64,000 nt of DNA from Octopus vulgaris (taxonomy: Eukaryota): NCBI GenBank assembly GCA_951406725.2, contig OX597828.1, positions 77,376,001-77,440,000 of the forward strand. The letters run 5' to 3'. Each line of letters opens with the position of its first letter. Position 1 is the stretch's first letter. Made by a program: the position numbers and the translations under genes. Under the pieces are notes generated by a model that was not told the DNA's origin, ran no database searches, and saw nothing but the letters and a program-made list of their open reading frames with translations. This document shows, one piece after another, positions 13,108 through 30,150 of the stretch.

Positions 13108-13553
13108 AGGTGGTGAGCTGGCAACAGAATCCTCAGCACGCCATACAAAGTGCTTGTTGGCAGTTCATCCGTCTTCACGTTCTGAGTTCAAATTCGGCTG
13201 AGATCAGATTTGCCTTTCATCCTTTCGGGGTCAGTAAAATAAGTCCCAGTTAAGCACTGGGGTCGATGTAATCGATTTAGTCCCCACCCGAAATTGCTGG
13301 CATTGCGCTAAAATTCGAAGTCAATAAGTCATTTTTAAGACAGCGAGTTGGGAGAACTGGTAGCACGCCAGACAAAATGCTTTGCGGCATTTCGTTCGTC
13401 CTTAAGTTCTGAGTTCAAATTCCGCCGAGGTCGTCTTTGCCTTTCATCCTTTTGAGGTTGATAAAATGAGTGCCAGTTAAACAGCGGGGTCGATGTAATC
13501 GACTAACTCCTTCCCTTTAAATTCTTGACCTTTTGCTAACATTTGAAACCAAT
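13108..13553 (+). mobile_element. Two tandem family A SINEs
   Basis: Two heads with B box and core, starting at 13108 and 13337. Confidence 0.88.
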
Positions 13554-13979
13554 ACGTTGAGTAAATTGCAATCTTGAAAAAAAAAGAAGAAAACCAAGAA
13601 AAAAAAGAAAAAAGCAAGAGCAAACATCCCAAAACGATTATTTATGCGCAAAATGAAATGCAAGTAGAAATATACCTATATATCATTTCTCTAACCAGGT
13701 TTCATCATTCCCTTTCAAGCCATATCCAATGGCTGGTTCTTTCAACTGTTGAATGGATTTCGTTCAAATAGCGTTTGCTCAAACGATGATTAACGCCGAT
13801 TGATAACAGCCACTTTTAAGACTTCGATTAATTGATCTAGCGCTAACTAGTGTTAAATATCTATCGACAACAAAACTGCTTATTCTATTTACAACCTTTT
13901 CCTGTTGTTTATTTTATCGAACATTTTATAGAATTATCAGTTTTCGCGTAAATCAAATAACATAAATTATCAGAATTAG

Positions 13980-14035
<56 letters not shown>

Positions 14036-14172
14036 GTTATTATTATTATTATTATTATCATCATCATCATCATCATTATTATTATATCGTCAGGCATTGA
14101 ATTACCTCATTGCTTTATAATATCAACACTATTCATAAAGTATTAAGTATTGATATCATTTTCTGTAGTTGC

Positions 14173-14228
<56 letters not shown>

Positions 14229-14322
14229 TGATGATGATGCGGATGATGATAGTGGTGGTGGTGGTGGTGATGATGATGACTCAAATTTGCGGGGATGGGT
14301 GTAGTCGATTGAATGTGCTCCA

Positions 14323-14717
14323 TACCACAGATTTGCTTGTCAGTTGTTTGACCTTAGCCAGTTGAGCATGTATTTTAGTAGTTGACGATATGAGCATTTC
14401 TGATCACGAGCAGGAGTAGTGGAGGAGCATCATAGCCATGTTTTGAGAGGAATTTGGAGGGGGGACTAATTCACCCCTGGAAACATGGGTGTTTTGTTCA
14501 TCATCGTTAAACAAACCTTATTCAGGGACCTTTTGAGCGGGATGGACTACTCGATAAGCACTGTTTATCTTGATGTGAGATCACCATGTCGCGCACATAT
14601 GGTTGAGATGGATGTGCCTGGTCTACCCTTATGAGACGGGTAGTCCTGATTGGTATATTGGGCTTCCTATATGTGTACCCCTGCGTCACCTTTATGGCAC
14701 GCGCTGCTCTCTCGCTC

Positions 14718-14720
<3 letters not shown>
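14323..14720 (+). mobile_element. Interspersed repeat family E ending in an (AAT)n tail
   Basis: Homologous partial copies at 15290-15440 (+) and 20480-20720 (-). Confidence 0.75.
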
Positions 14721-14758
<38 letters not shown>

Positions 14759-14790
14759 TAATAATAATAATAATAATAACGATAATAATG

Positions 14791-14827
<37 letters not shown>

Positions 14828-14832
14828 CAGCG

Positions 14833-14892
<60 letters not shown>

Positions 14893-15050
14893 ATAGTAGT
14901 AGTAGTAGTAGTAATAGTAGTAGTAGTAGTATCAGTAGCAGCAGCAAAAGAAGAAAAAGAAGAAGAAGAAGAAGAAGAAGAAGAAGAAGAAGAAGAAGAA
15001 GAAGAAGAAGAAGAAGAAGAAGAAGAAGAAGAAGAAGAAGAAGAAGAAGA
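14718..15050. repeat. Compound microsatellite (AAT)n(AGT)n(AAG)n
   Basis: Directly visible. Confidence 0.97.
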
Positions 15051-16082
15051 ATACAAAAGTTATTGAAATGCTAATTCCATTGTGTATCTGTTTTCTTTAC
15101 TTTTTTGTTTTTGTCTTTGGTCAGTAAGTTTATCCAGAAAGCAAAGGAAGCGGCTTCTGTTCCCTTCAAACTTTACTTTCATCACCTGGACATCAATGTT
15201 TTGAAACTCACCTGTCCTCCATTACATTTCAAACAAATTCAGCGCTGAGTTACTGAAGCAGAAATATCGTTACATCATATCTTCTGCTCAATACAGCACA
15301 TTTCCTCACCAGTTGCTTAACCATTAGCCACCTGAGCATGTCCCTTAGTTACAGATATTATGTACATCTCTGATCATGAGTAGGAGTAGTAAGGGAGCAT
15401 CATAGCCAGGTGTTGAGAAGGAATCTTTGGGAGTTTGAATAAATGTTAGCAAAAGCAAAGTTTGAAGTAAATATCAGCCATTTTCCATACTTCCTAGGGG
15501 TCAGAAATAACAGTTACTAACGAACGACAAAAATCATGTTATTTAGCAGTCTTGGGACTTGCTGACAAATCTCTTCATATCTCAAGAATCTTTCTTCGAA
15601 TTCCTGCCGAACACAGCATTGCACTTTCGCCTAGGTGGACGAGGCACCTTTCAATTCCACTACCCTTCAGTAGTTTCACTGCCAGTAGTTTGGATTTTGT
15701 GCCAAGCGCACCATATGAATAATTTCCATCTTATTCTTCCACAATCTCCTCTCTCCCTCTCTCTCCCTCTCTCTCTCTCTCTTAGACTAAGTCATGTTAT
15801 TTCTCAATTATCCCAATTCCTTTGCTGTCCACTCTATTATCATATAGGCATTACAAAGTCTATGATGTTACACTGTCTGCGTTTTTCTGCTTTGCTTCTT
15901 TTTCTTTTTTTTTTCGTCTTCGTTAATCGTATCTAGTCTTCTTGCTTCAATATCAAGCATAATCAGTCTTTGTGGAGAAATCTCATAAAAATCCTATAAT
16001 TATTATTCACCATCACAACCCATCCCGTGGTCATAGCAGTCTTCTGTCACTTCGAATCCACAAACTTGACTAATATCTTACA

Positions 16083-20478
<4,396 letters not shown>

Positions 20479-21487
20479 ATAGAGTGAGAGAGCAGTGCAT
20501 GCCATCAAAGTGACACATGGTGTAAAATATAGGAAGCCCGGTTTACTCATCATGGCTACTCGTCTGATAAGGTTACAGCAGGCACATGCATCACAACCCA
20601 ATATGCGCAACATGGTGATCTCATATCAAGATAAACTGCAGGTGGGGCCCAGCTAGAATTTTCTTCAGGTCGAGTTGCCCACCCTGCTCAAAACCCCAAA
20701 GAATTCCTCTCAACACATATAAAGGATATGTCCTAGATGCCACAACTGACAGACATAACTCTACAAGTCTTCAATGCCTGGTAACTGACAAAACGGTTTC
20801 GTCTCTGTGCGAAATTATCGGACGTGTCCAGTACGTAGTACTTCCATAAATGTAGTGTTTATTCCGAATGGAAAATTACCTCCGGTCATACGACCAGATT
20901 GGCGTTTTATACAAGTTAACCATAGTTCTTGAACCGAAAGTTCTCCAGACTAGACCTGATCATCTAGCGTCACGAGTACTTCGTTGTACTTACTCACTAG
21001 TAATCTCGTACAGAAAGCAAACATTGACGATCTACCGTTCGTTTACAACCAGTTTTGGTTTTTCTCTTGAGACCACTCTTGGACATCTTTTGCAGTTTTG
21101 TCTCAGAGACGAGCATTGGGAAGACACGCATGACAAACAGTGACATCTTCTCATCGGCCAGGAATACATGTACGTCATACGGACCTCTCTTTCTAAAGGA
21201 TGTTAGTAGCAAGATGCGTCCTTTCAACAAGGACAGAAAGTGAAAATGCACCAACTTGTCAGAGAAAGCCTGAAACATGACGTGATGATCTTGCAATAAT
21301 AAGTAATGTCTGTTAATCTCCTCAATACTATCTTTCAGTGACAGCTTATTTTCATTCAGTTTAGACTTCTTTGACTAGTTCTTACCTCATTCCGCTTCGA
21401 GTTCTAACTCAATCCAGACTCCAACCAGCTTTAAAGACCGTTCGCAAAGGTACCAGCAACGCACGTCGATGTCAACTGAACTTTCCA

Positions 21488-21844
21488 GTACATTATTTAA
21501 ATTATTTATATTTGACGGATATTTGTCCTCATCTTGTTTGTTGTTAACACAACGTTTCGGCTGATATACCCTCCAGCCTTCATCAGGTGTTTTGCGGGAA
21601 TTTCGAACCTGGGTTCTCATTCCTAAGGTATATTTCGATGTTATTATTATTTTTATTATTATTATTATTATTATAATCATCATTATTATTATTCAGGTCA
21701 CTGCCTGAAATCGAATTCGGAATCTTGGGGTTAGTAGTCCGCGCTCTTAACCACTACGCCATATAGTGGTTAAGAGCGCAGACTACTCACCCCAAGATTC
21801 CGAATTCGATTCCAGGCAGTGACCTGAATAATAATAATAATAAC

Positions 21845-21933
<89 letters not shown>

Positions 21934-21936
21934 TAG

Positions 21937-21982
<46 letters not shown>

Positions 21983-22155
21983 GAAAAACACCACAAGAAT
22001 GAGAACCTAGGTTCGAAATTTCCACAAGGCACCTAACGAAGGTATATCAGCCGAAATGTTGTATTAACAACAAATAAGAGGAGGACAAATATCCGTCAAA
22101 TGTAAATAAGGTAAATAATGTACATAATTCCTCATCTCTTCAATATAGAACTGTA
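21488..22155. mobile_element. Head-to-head pair of tRNA-headed SINE-like units, each tRNA head + (AAT)n + hammerhead-bearing tail
   Basis: Arms 21488-21761 (-) and 21764-22123 (+); A box TGGCGTAGTGG, B-box-like gaattcgattYc. Confidence 0.85.
21546..21591 (-). ncRNA. Minimal type-I hammerhead ribozyme
   Basis: AACAC-CUGAUGA-A-GGCUG..CAGCC-GAAAC-GUU^GUGUU; palindromic AACGUU stem III; partner at 22029-22064 is decayed. Confidence 0.85.
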
Positions 22156-22419
22156 TGATCTTTGCAGGTGCTCAACTTGGAATCTTGTCCTGGTTACTAT
22201 CTTTACTGACGATGACACGGATTTTAGCAGAGCCTGGCAGAAATGTAATCTGTGGAAGGCGACGGCCTTGCAACTCTCCGCTGTGTAGGATATTTCTCAG
22301 TGCCTTTAGCTTTTGCAGAACAGATTCCAGAGCGAAATGGAAGCGATGAGAATGGCCTCCGCCACTAATAAACCTCCTTCTTCAAAATGTTGCACTATGG
22401 GCAGCTGAAAGAACAAGGC

Positions 22420-22486
<67 letters not shown>

Positions 22487-22792
22487 CACAGTGAAATCGA
22501 CATTTGAAACAATTATCAAGATTTTATTGTCATCCGGATCGACATCGTCTCAATCACCAGATACGAATTTCACCAGCAGCAGCAGCAGCAGCAGCAGCAG
22601 AAACTATTATTCCTACAGTTTAGACTATTATAAACGATAAAGAAACAAAATGGCATAAAAAAAACACCATAAATCTTTATAAACTTATTCTTCCGAATTG
22701 GTACATTTTCGAAAATATATCGATACCGAAATCAGACGCGCGTGCGTACATACGCAGTACTATCTTACATATATGCGTTTGCGCGTATTATG

Positions 22793-22843
<51 letters not shown>

Positions 22844-23425
22844 GTGTATAAATATATATATATGTGCGTGTATAACTGTCTCTCTGATTCTCTATCCTCT
22901 CCGTCTCTCTCTCTCTCTCTCTCTCTTTATATATATATGTATGTATGTATATATACACATATATACACACATATCTGTAGTAATTTTATTACTTTATTCT
23001 ATAATTCTACCTGATTTAAATTTTATTTGTCAATATTAGAAATTGATATATATATATATATATATATATCTTATCGAATTGTTATTTATCTCTCTTTCTC
23101 TTGTTCTTCCCTGTTTGTCTTTCTTTTTCCTCCTGACCTTCTCTCTCTTCCCCTCTGTCTCTCTCTCTATCTCTGTCTCTCTCTCTCTCACTCCATCTTT
23201 TTCAATTGTACTATTTCATAAAGAGACCAGAGACAACAAAAATTCTTTCTCCACACACTAATATAGAAATATATTAAAATATATAACTACTATTTGTGTC
23301 TTCAAATAAATACCATTCCAGCGCTATTAATCTGCGATTAATGTATGTTTTTAGAAATTAGCTTTTCTACCGCACAAAATGGCTTCTTAATATTTTAAAG
23401 TTCTACGGGGGTTTATGTGTGTGTG

Positions 23426-23480
<55 letters not shown>

Positions 23481-24052
23481 ATGCATGCACACGTGTGAGC
23501 GTTTGTATATTTTAACTGTATATAGATAGGTAAGTATACTTAAATGTATATACATATGAAGGTATATATATATATACATATACATAATATAAATACATAT
23601 AGTATTAAATATCACACAAATATATACATATGTATAGATACATTGTGTGTGTGTGCGTGTGTTCCAACAGTTAGTGGACATATATATATATATATATATG
23701 TGTATGTATGTATGTATGTATGTATGTATGTATGTATGTATGTATGTATGTATATGTATACATACATATCCATACATACACATATATATATATATCTACA
23801 TATATATGCCAATACATATACATATGCATATACATATATATATATAGATGCATGTACGTGCATATACGCATTTCTCATCGTCCGTCTAGGTATTTTAAAA
23901 TAATTATATTCACGGCTTTTGTTGTTGTTTTTGTTTTCGATTTTTCCAAAAAATATTGTAATATTATCATATTACTTGATAACATTAAATATAGTTTTAT
24001 ATTTTTGTATAGTTCATTGGTATTGTTTTTAATTTTATATTTTTGCTCTAAA

Positions 24053-24087
<35 letters not shown>

Positions 24088-24184
24088 AATGTGTGTGCCT
24101 GTGAGAGGTGGGGACTGGAGGCTAAAGAAGTATTATTATCTTTCCAGTTGGAAGAATTCGATGTGAATTAATATGGTATCAGAC

Positions 24185-24219
<35 letters not shown>

Positions 24220-24503
24220 AGAAATGAGTCAGATGTACTCAATGATAGAGTACGTGAAGGTGAGAGTATCATCTGCAGTGTGCCTGTGTGTCTACAGGAG
24301 TGTCAACTCTGGTGATGTATAACAGCGTGGTGTGTTTGTGAGGATGTATATATTAGCATGTGAGGAAGTATGCAACTATGAGCCACTATATACATATGTA
24401 TGTATGTGTGCGCGCGCTCGTGTTTGTGTGTGCGAGCCTGTGTGTGTGTATGTGCATATATGTATGCTTATAGGTAGGGAGAGATTTTATTCCTAAACCA
24501 GGC

Positions 24504-24595
24504 ATATTGTTGACAGTGTCCTCGAAGTTTTGTCCAGTTAAGCCATCATCGGACTGTCTAGCTGGTCGAAAGTTCGAAGTCACTGTCGACAGTAT
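24504..24595 (+). ncRNA. Candidate microRNA precursor hairpin
   Basis: 37-position ungapped stem, four 1x1 mismatches, four G:U pairs, 18-nt apical region; unique in this window. Confidence 0.55.
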
Positions 24596-24719
24596 TCTTG
24601 TGTCAGAATAAACTTGTACTCTACAAAGGTTTAGATTATTCCCTCAGAATAATGTACAATTGCTTTTGTTATAACTAAAAAGCAAACATAAAGAATATAT
24701 ATGAATTTATGTGTGTGTG

Positions 24720-25318
24720 CACGGGAATGAGAATGGGCCCCAACTATGCGAACCTCTTCGTTGGCTATGTTGAGACCCAAATATTCTTAAGTTTCACTGG
24801 TCCCACTCCTGAACTATACGGTCGTTATATTGACGACCGTATCGGTGCGACCTCACTCTCCCGCGAACATCTAGACTCCTTCCTTTCATTTGTCAAATCT
24901 TTCCATCCTGCCCTCCACTTCTTCTGCACTATCTCTGACACCTCTCTTGACATTTCAGTCAGCATTCATCACTCCACTCTCACCACCTCCATCCACTACA
25001 AACACACAGACTCAACTTCTCCTCCTCCCACCCTAAACACGCCTAGCTTTCCATCCCCTATCCCAATTCCTCCGTCTACGCAGGCTCTGTAGTGACGACC
25101 ATGACTTTGAGATTTAGTCTCAACTCATGGCTCGCCACTTCATCCTACGGGGTATCCCCTCACAACTATCCACACCGCCCTTGCCAGAGCACTTCCGTGG
25201 ACCGTGCATCTACTCTCTCCCCACGAACGCGCCCCGCCGTCTCCTGCCTCCCGTTTCCCCTCACCTCCCACCCCACAACCCTACCTCTCCAACGCACCAT
25301 TCTCCGAGACTTCAGGCA
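24720..25318 (+). mobile_element. Penelope-like reverse transcriptase fragment
   Basis: GMRMGPNYANLFVGYVE..YGRYIDD..FHPALHF..LDISV..TSIHYKHTDS; degenerates downstream. Confidence 0.88.
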
Positions 25319-25348
25319 GGGAGGAAATAAGTACATGAGAGCAAAATG

Positions 25349-25388
<40 letters not shown>

Positions 25389-25424
25389 ATCTCTCTCTCT
25401 CTCTCTCTCTCTCCCTCTCTCTCA

Positions 25425-26877
25425 CACAATTTAGGGGATCTCATGCTCAAAGTGGTTTCGTCACTCGCACGCACCATCTTTGCTACATTCACCCACCATT
25501 TGTTTTAAACTTTCGCGAGACAAAACCTGCCTCTCCATTCTCACCTTCCTTTTCAAGTGGTACTTGAAAAAGTTGATGAGCAATTAGCCAGAGAGGTAAG
25601 TGTTTGTCTCTAATCCTTTCGCTCGGGTCCACCACACACATTCTTTCACCATGGCCACCAGTACGATGAAAACTGTCTTGCCTTCCCGGTTGAGGGAAGG
25701 GGCGGTTCAATTCTCACAATAGACTCGGCCGACAGGCGGACTCGTCCCACACGTTATAGCGGCCGTTTGGCATAAGCCCACAGGTCCGAAATGGATGGAC
25801 ATTGCACGAGCGCGTACAGAACGGTTTCGTCGCTCTGACCGCATCTCGAGCAAGTCGGTCCAGTGTGTCTCGAACCGTACCTGGAGAGCTTATCCCGAAC
25901 AGGTAATGCTTCTCGATAGCACTGCCAGGCCAGGGATCTTTGGTGATTGTCCATAGGTCCCGGCCCGAAAGTTGTCTTGAATAGGCGGGTCAGGTGTCAC
26001 TCGTTGACGCCCAGATTCTGCCCAAGAATGTCGTCGCACCTCTCTTCCACTAATCCTCTATAGAACGCCTTTGTTGTAATGAAGTCGCACAAATTTGGTC
26101 CCGGACGGCAGAGTTGCTTGAGAGCAACGCGACACACGCGGTGCCATTCGCCTAGCCTCGGTCTCTGTTTGATCCACGATTATAGTTCGGCCAAGGAGAC
26201 GAGCTGCGGGAAAGCGCGTCGCACAAGAGGCAACCACACATGTTCACCGTCGTTTATGAAGCGCCGAAGATGTCGCAGTCTCAGAACATGTCTGCGCATC
26301 ATCAACCACGGCATGCCTAGCCCTCCATTTCGCGCTATTTCGCCCCAGTTTAGTTGTTATTTCGCCCCAGTTCTTCTCCATTTGGAGGTACGGACCGAAC
26401 CAGACTCCGAGCAATTTAACCGGTCTGTCGGTCCAGTGTCCCACGATGGATACGCTGTTGGACGGCATGGGCTTGCTTCTCCAGGTGCCGAGGCGCAAGT
26501 CCACTGACTTTTCCTGGTTAATTTTTGCTCCCGTTACCGCTTCGTATTCTTTTAGTGTCTCGCCGACCAGGTCGATGTGCTTGTGGCTCAACACAATGAC
26601 GGTGACGTCATCCGCGTATGCAGACACACTCCTACCGCATCCCACCTCTCGTGGGATGCCCCTCAGCGTCGCCAGTTTCCGCAGTAGTGGCTCAAGAGTC
26701 AATACATACAGAAGCGATGAGAGGGGGCATCCTTGACGAACCGAACGCATGTTGTTAAAAGGTCTGTATAGATGACCATTTACGCGAACTACCGAGCGGA
26801 TGCCGCTGTATAAGGCAGCGATCCAGCCGCAGAAGATGGGACCGAAACCAGCCGCTTTAAGGACAGCCTAGAAGTAG
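25425..26877 (-). mobile_element. Tx1-like LINE ORF2 fragment, decayed
   Basis: SVRQGCPLS, SAYADDVT, GAKINQEKS, and zinc-finger region CSRCGQSDETVL..QC. Confidence 0.92.
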
Positions 26878-26881
26878 TGAT

Positions 26882-26972
<91 letters not shown>

Positions 26973-27597
26973 GCAGGCAGGCAGGCAGGCAGACAGACTG
27001 GCAGACAAGCAGACAGACAGACAGACACACAGACAGTTGGGTGTGTCAGTGTTTTTGTATTTCTGTCTCGTTGTAAACGTTTGCTTAGAATATTTTCTAT
27101 AATAATACATCAATCTATAAATTTACTTCAACAACGTTTGCACAGTCTTGACAATGTGACAACATTATTACCGTTGTTTTGTCTTACATTATATCGCACA
27201 CACACACACAGACACACGTGCTCCATTTCTCTGTCTTTCTTCCTCTCTTTCCTTCTTACCCTCTCTCTGTCTTCCTCTATCACATTAACTTATTCACACA
27301 CACCTTTTCTCTCACACTCACTCTATGATGCTAGTGTACCTTTGTCAATTTTATTTTAAGCTAATGTATAGAAACATATTTATCTTTTCTGAGAATGTGA
27401 ATGAATAACGTGTAATATTTATGCAGGAATATACAGGAGGGCCGGAGTCTACGTACTCTGACCATATATTGTGATCACTAGGTATGACCTGGTGGCTTCA
27501 CCTTTGCACCAAATGCATTTTCATACTTTGCGGCATTTGGTTTACCCTGTGTGTATATGTGTGTGGGTGCGTAAATATGTATATATGTATGTATGTA

Positions 27598-27652
<55 letters not shown>

Positions 27653-27944
27653 TATCTATAAACGACATGATGTGTGTGTGTGTGTACGTGATTGTAATTT
27701 ATGCACATCAACAAATTAGCACGCATGTAGCTCAAATTTTAGGAGGACATTCATCAATACCCTATCTGGGTTTTGTCAACTTATTTTTTTCCCGAGGCAC
27801 CCGCGGATACCGGGAAAAATCTATTTTCAGACATAGCTTTTAGCCATAAAAAATATCAGTGATTGCTTTTTTGATGGCGTCTAACAAAAAAAAATAAGAT
27901 AAAGAAAAGTGGAAGAAGGAGGCAGAGAGTTTCACGGGAAGGAC

Positions 27945-27988
<44 letters not shown>

Positions 27989-28096
27989 AGTGATGACGTT
28001 CATAAAAAATAAAATGTGAAATGTTTTGTTTTTGTTTTTGAAAGACACTATATTTTATAATCATAGTATATATACTTTCTTACACAACAATTACAA

Positions 28097-28605
28097 TATA
28101 CTGCGTTCCATTTTGTTTGTTTGTGCGCATGTGTGTGGGTCAGTGTGTGTGTGTGTGTGTACCTATACATGCATGTATGTACGTATGTATGTGTGTGTGT
28201 GTATGTGTGTGTTTGCATGTGTTTGTATGTTAGATATGAAAATAAACAGATCAATATACAGACGGATAGGTATTTAGACTATTTTAACAGACACATATGG
28301 AGACACGGACCCACACATATAAAGATGCACATCCATACATACAGACATGGGACATAGTTACATAACACACACACACAGATATGCAGACACAAGGAGACAG
28401 AGATGCATACATATACAAACACATGCTCAAACACACATACATAGAAAATACACAAACACGGACAGGCAAGCACATAAATATGCAGGATACGTACATACAG
28501 ATGCACACACATACATACATATATACATATGCATACACACACATATATACATACAAACACATGCAAACACACACACATGTATACGTGCATGCGTGCATGC
28601 ATAGG

Positions 28606-28636
<31 letters not shown>

Positions 28637-28680
28637 ACCCACACACATGCGCACAAACAAACAAAAAGGAACTCAGTGTA
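28097..28680. repeat. Inverted repeat (28097-28230 vs 28549-28680)
   Basis: ttttgtttgtttgtgcgcatgtgtgtgggtcagtgtg is mirrored exactly; weaker mirror similarity may extend to ~27850 and ~29020. Confidence 0.85.
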
Positions 28681-29383
28681 AATAACGGACAGTCAAGACT
28701 ATTGAAAAGGTTGCAAGATGCAATGAAAATTTTAGGAAAATAAAAATAAGAAATAAGTGGAAATTTTACTGGTGAGTGTGTTAAATAATAAGGCACAAAA
28801 AGAAAATGACTCTCCCCAGACACAACAGAATATGCTTCAACACACGAACTCATATAAAGAATCTTGCAAACCAAATCCAAAAACGAATTACAATATATTT
28901 ATTTTAAATCATTTATTTATTTTAAATCGTTCATCTTTCTCCCCCTCTCTCTCTCTCATTACTTTGGGTGCGAAAGAGTTTTGTTTTTATTTTACGCCGT
29001 GTAAAATAGTATTTTGTTTACAATCCATTAATTTGACAACAAAGAAACAAAGAGGTGAGTAACAATTTGTCAGTGAATTACACAATATAAATGGGTTCAA
29101 TTTGCGAGGCTTCCACCACACCTCACTCCGTTTCACAGACCACAAAATGGGTTTTGAGGCCAGAGTAGTTGATTCCACGCAAAAAAAACGATTTTTTTTC
29201 TTAGTGAAAATCGTGCGAGTGTTAATTTACAAATTTAACAACATTTCCCCATTCATTTCTGTATATGAACATGTATGCGTGCACAAAACACGCAATAAAT
29301 ATACGTACGTACGTGTGTGTATGTGTGTTCGTGTCTGTTGCCCATATATATTTATATTATTTTATACATATATAATACATATA

Positions 29384-29426
<43 letters not shown>

Positions 29427-29428
<2 letters not shown>

Positions 29429-29550
29429 CTAATTTCAACGGATTTCGCCCAAATTTGACGTCTATATTACTTAGTTTGATTTGAAATAAAGAACTTGATT
29501 AGCTTAATAATCGTAACTTAATCCCGGGCTAGGCCGGCTTATACTGCTAG
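29427..29550 (+). mobile_element. Helitron-like 3' end
   Basis: GC hairpin ccgggctaggccgg followed ~10 nt later by CTAG then T. Confidence 0.65.
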
Positions 29551-29750
29551 TATATATATATATATTCCTGATTGACTTGATATTTTTCCAACCTTGTCAT
29601 TTAAGGCCTAAGGAGAATAGCACTTTTTACCTTATGCCATCTTAGTTTCGTTGTTCCGTGGTTTATTTTCTGCGTTTTCGATATGCTACCTTCTCAGCTT
29701 CATCTCGTTTCTCCTATTTATTCAGTTTTTTAGTTCGTTATATGTGGTTT

Positions 29751-29803
29751 GAGACCGTAGAATATGTTCGACTTCTCTCAACATATGAAACTATTAGTGG
29801 CGC
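29751..29803 (+). ncRNA. Decayed type-I hammerhead
   Basis: CCGUAGA-AUAUGUU..AACAUAU-GAAAC-UAUUA-GUG; core and cleavage triplet mutated. Confidence 0.45.
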
Positions 29804-30076
29804 ATTAATACAAGTATTGTGACTTTTAAATAATAATATATCTCTCTCACCAGATGGAATACTTTTTTGTTGAATATTCTATCACGGATCAGTACATTAT
29901 GTTTATATATATATATATATATATATATACGGTGAGCACAGGTGTGTACGTACGCCGCTATATGTATATAAAAATAAAACACAACCGCAATAGAGGACAA
30001 TAAAACAGTCGATACAGAGACGGGCAGGAGAAACAACAATTAGAAGGACAGGCGGGAAAAGGATGGGTCATACGTG

Positions 30077-30150
30077 GCCTTCTTTCTTCAGTCAAGTTAC
30101 CAGATGTCCTTACGGTTTCAGGCAGTTACACTTGAGACAGTCGATCTGGT
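30077..30150 (-). ncRNA. Candidate non-circularly permuted hammerhead, copy 1
   Basis: ACCAGAU-cga-CUGUC^UCAAGU-guaacu-GCCU-GAAA-CCG-uaaggac-AUCUGGU-a-ACUUGA-CUGAAGA-aaga-AGGC. Confidence 0.65.

Larger units (their letters stand above)
20720..22405 (-). pseudogene. Ancient Tx1-like LINE ORF2 relic, interrupted by the 21488-22155 insertion
   Basis: ALESVLQKLKALRNI, LKLVGVW, NKLSLK and LFVMRVFPMLVSETKLQ are colinear with the 56132-57526 ORF. Confidence 0.7.

Noticed and set aside
14323-14720. Family E as a Dong-mobilised SINE
   Set aside because: It shares AAT context, but its 3' end shows no visible similarity to the Dong 3' UTRs in this window.
20997-21480. Apparent minus-strand host exons with ag/gt sites
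   Set aside because: Translations are colinear with the Tx1-like ORF2 and contain stops; a transposon relic.
21690-21830. Functional tRNA genes
   Set aside because: No acceptor stem and an altered T-loop; these and the other A/B-box hits are SINE heads.
22700-24240. Possible further degenerate palindrome
   Set aside because: Two incompatible registers, both dominated by low-complexity sequence.
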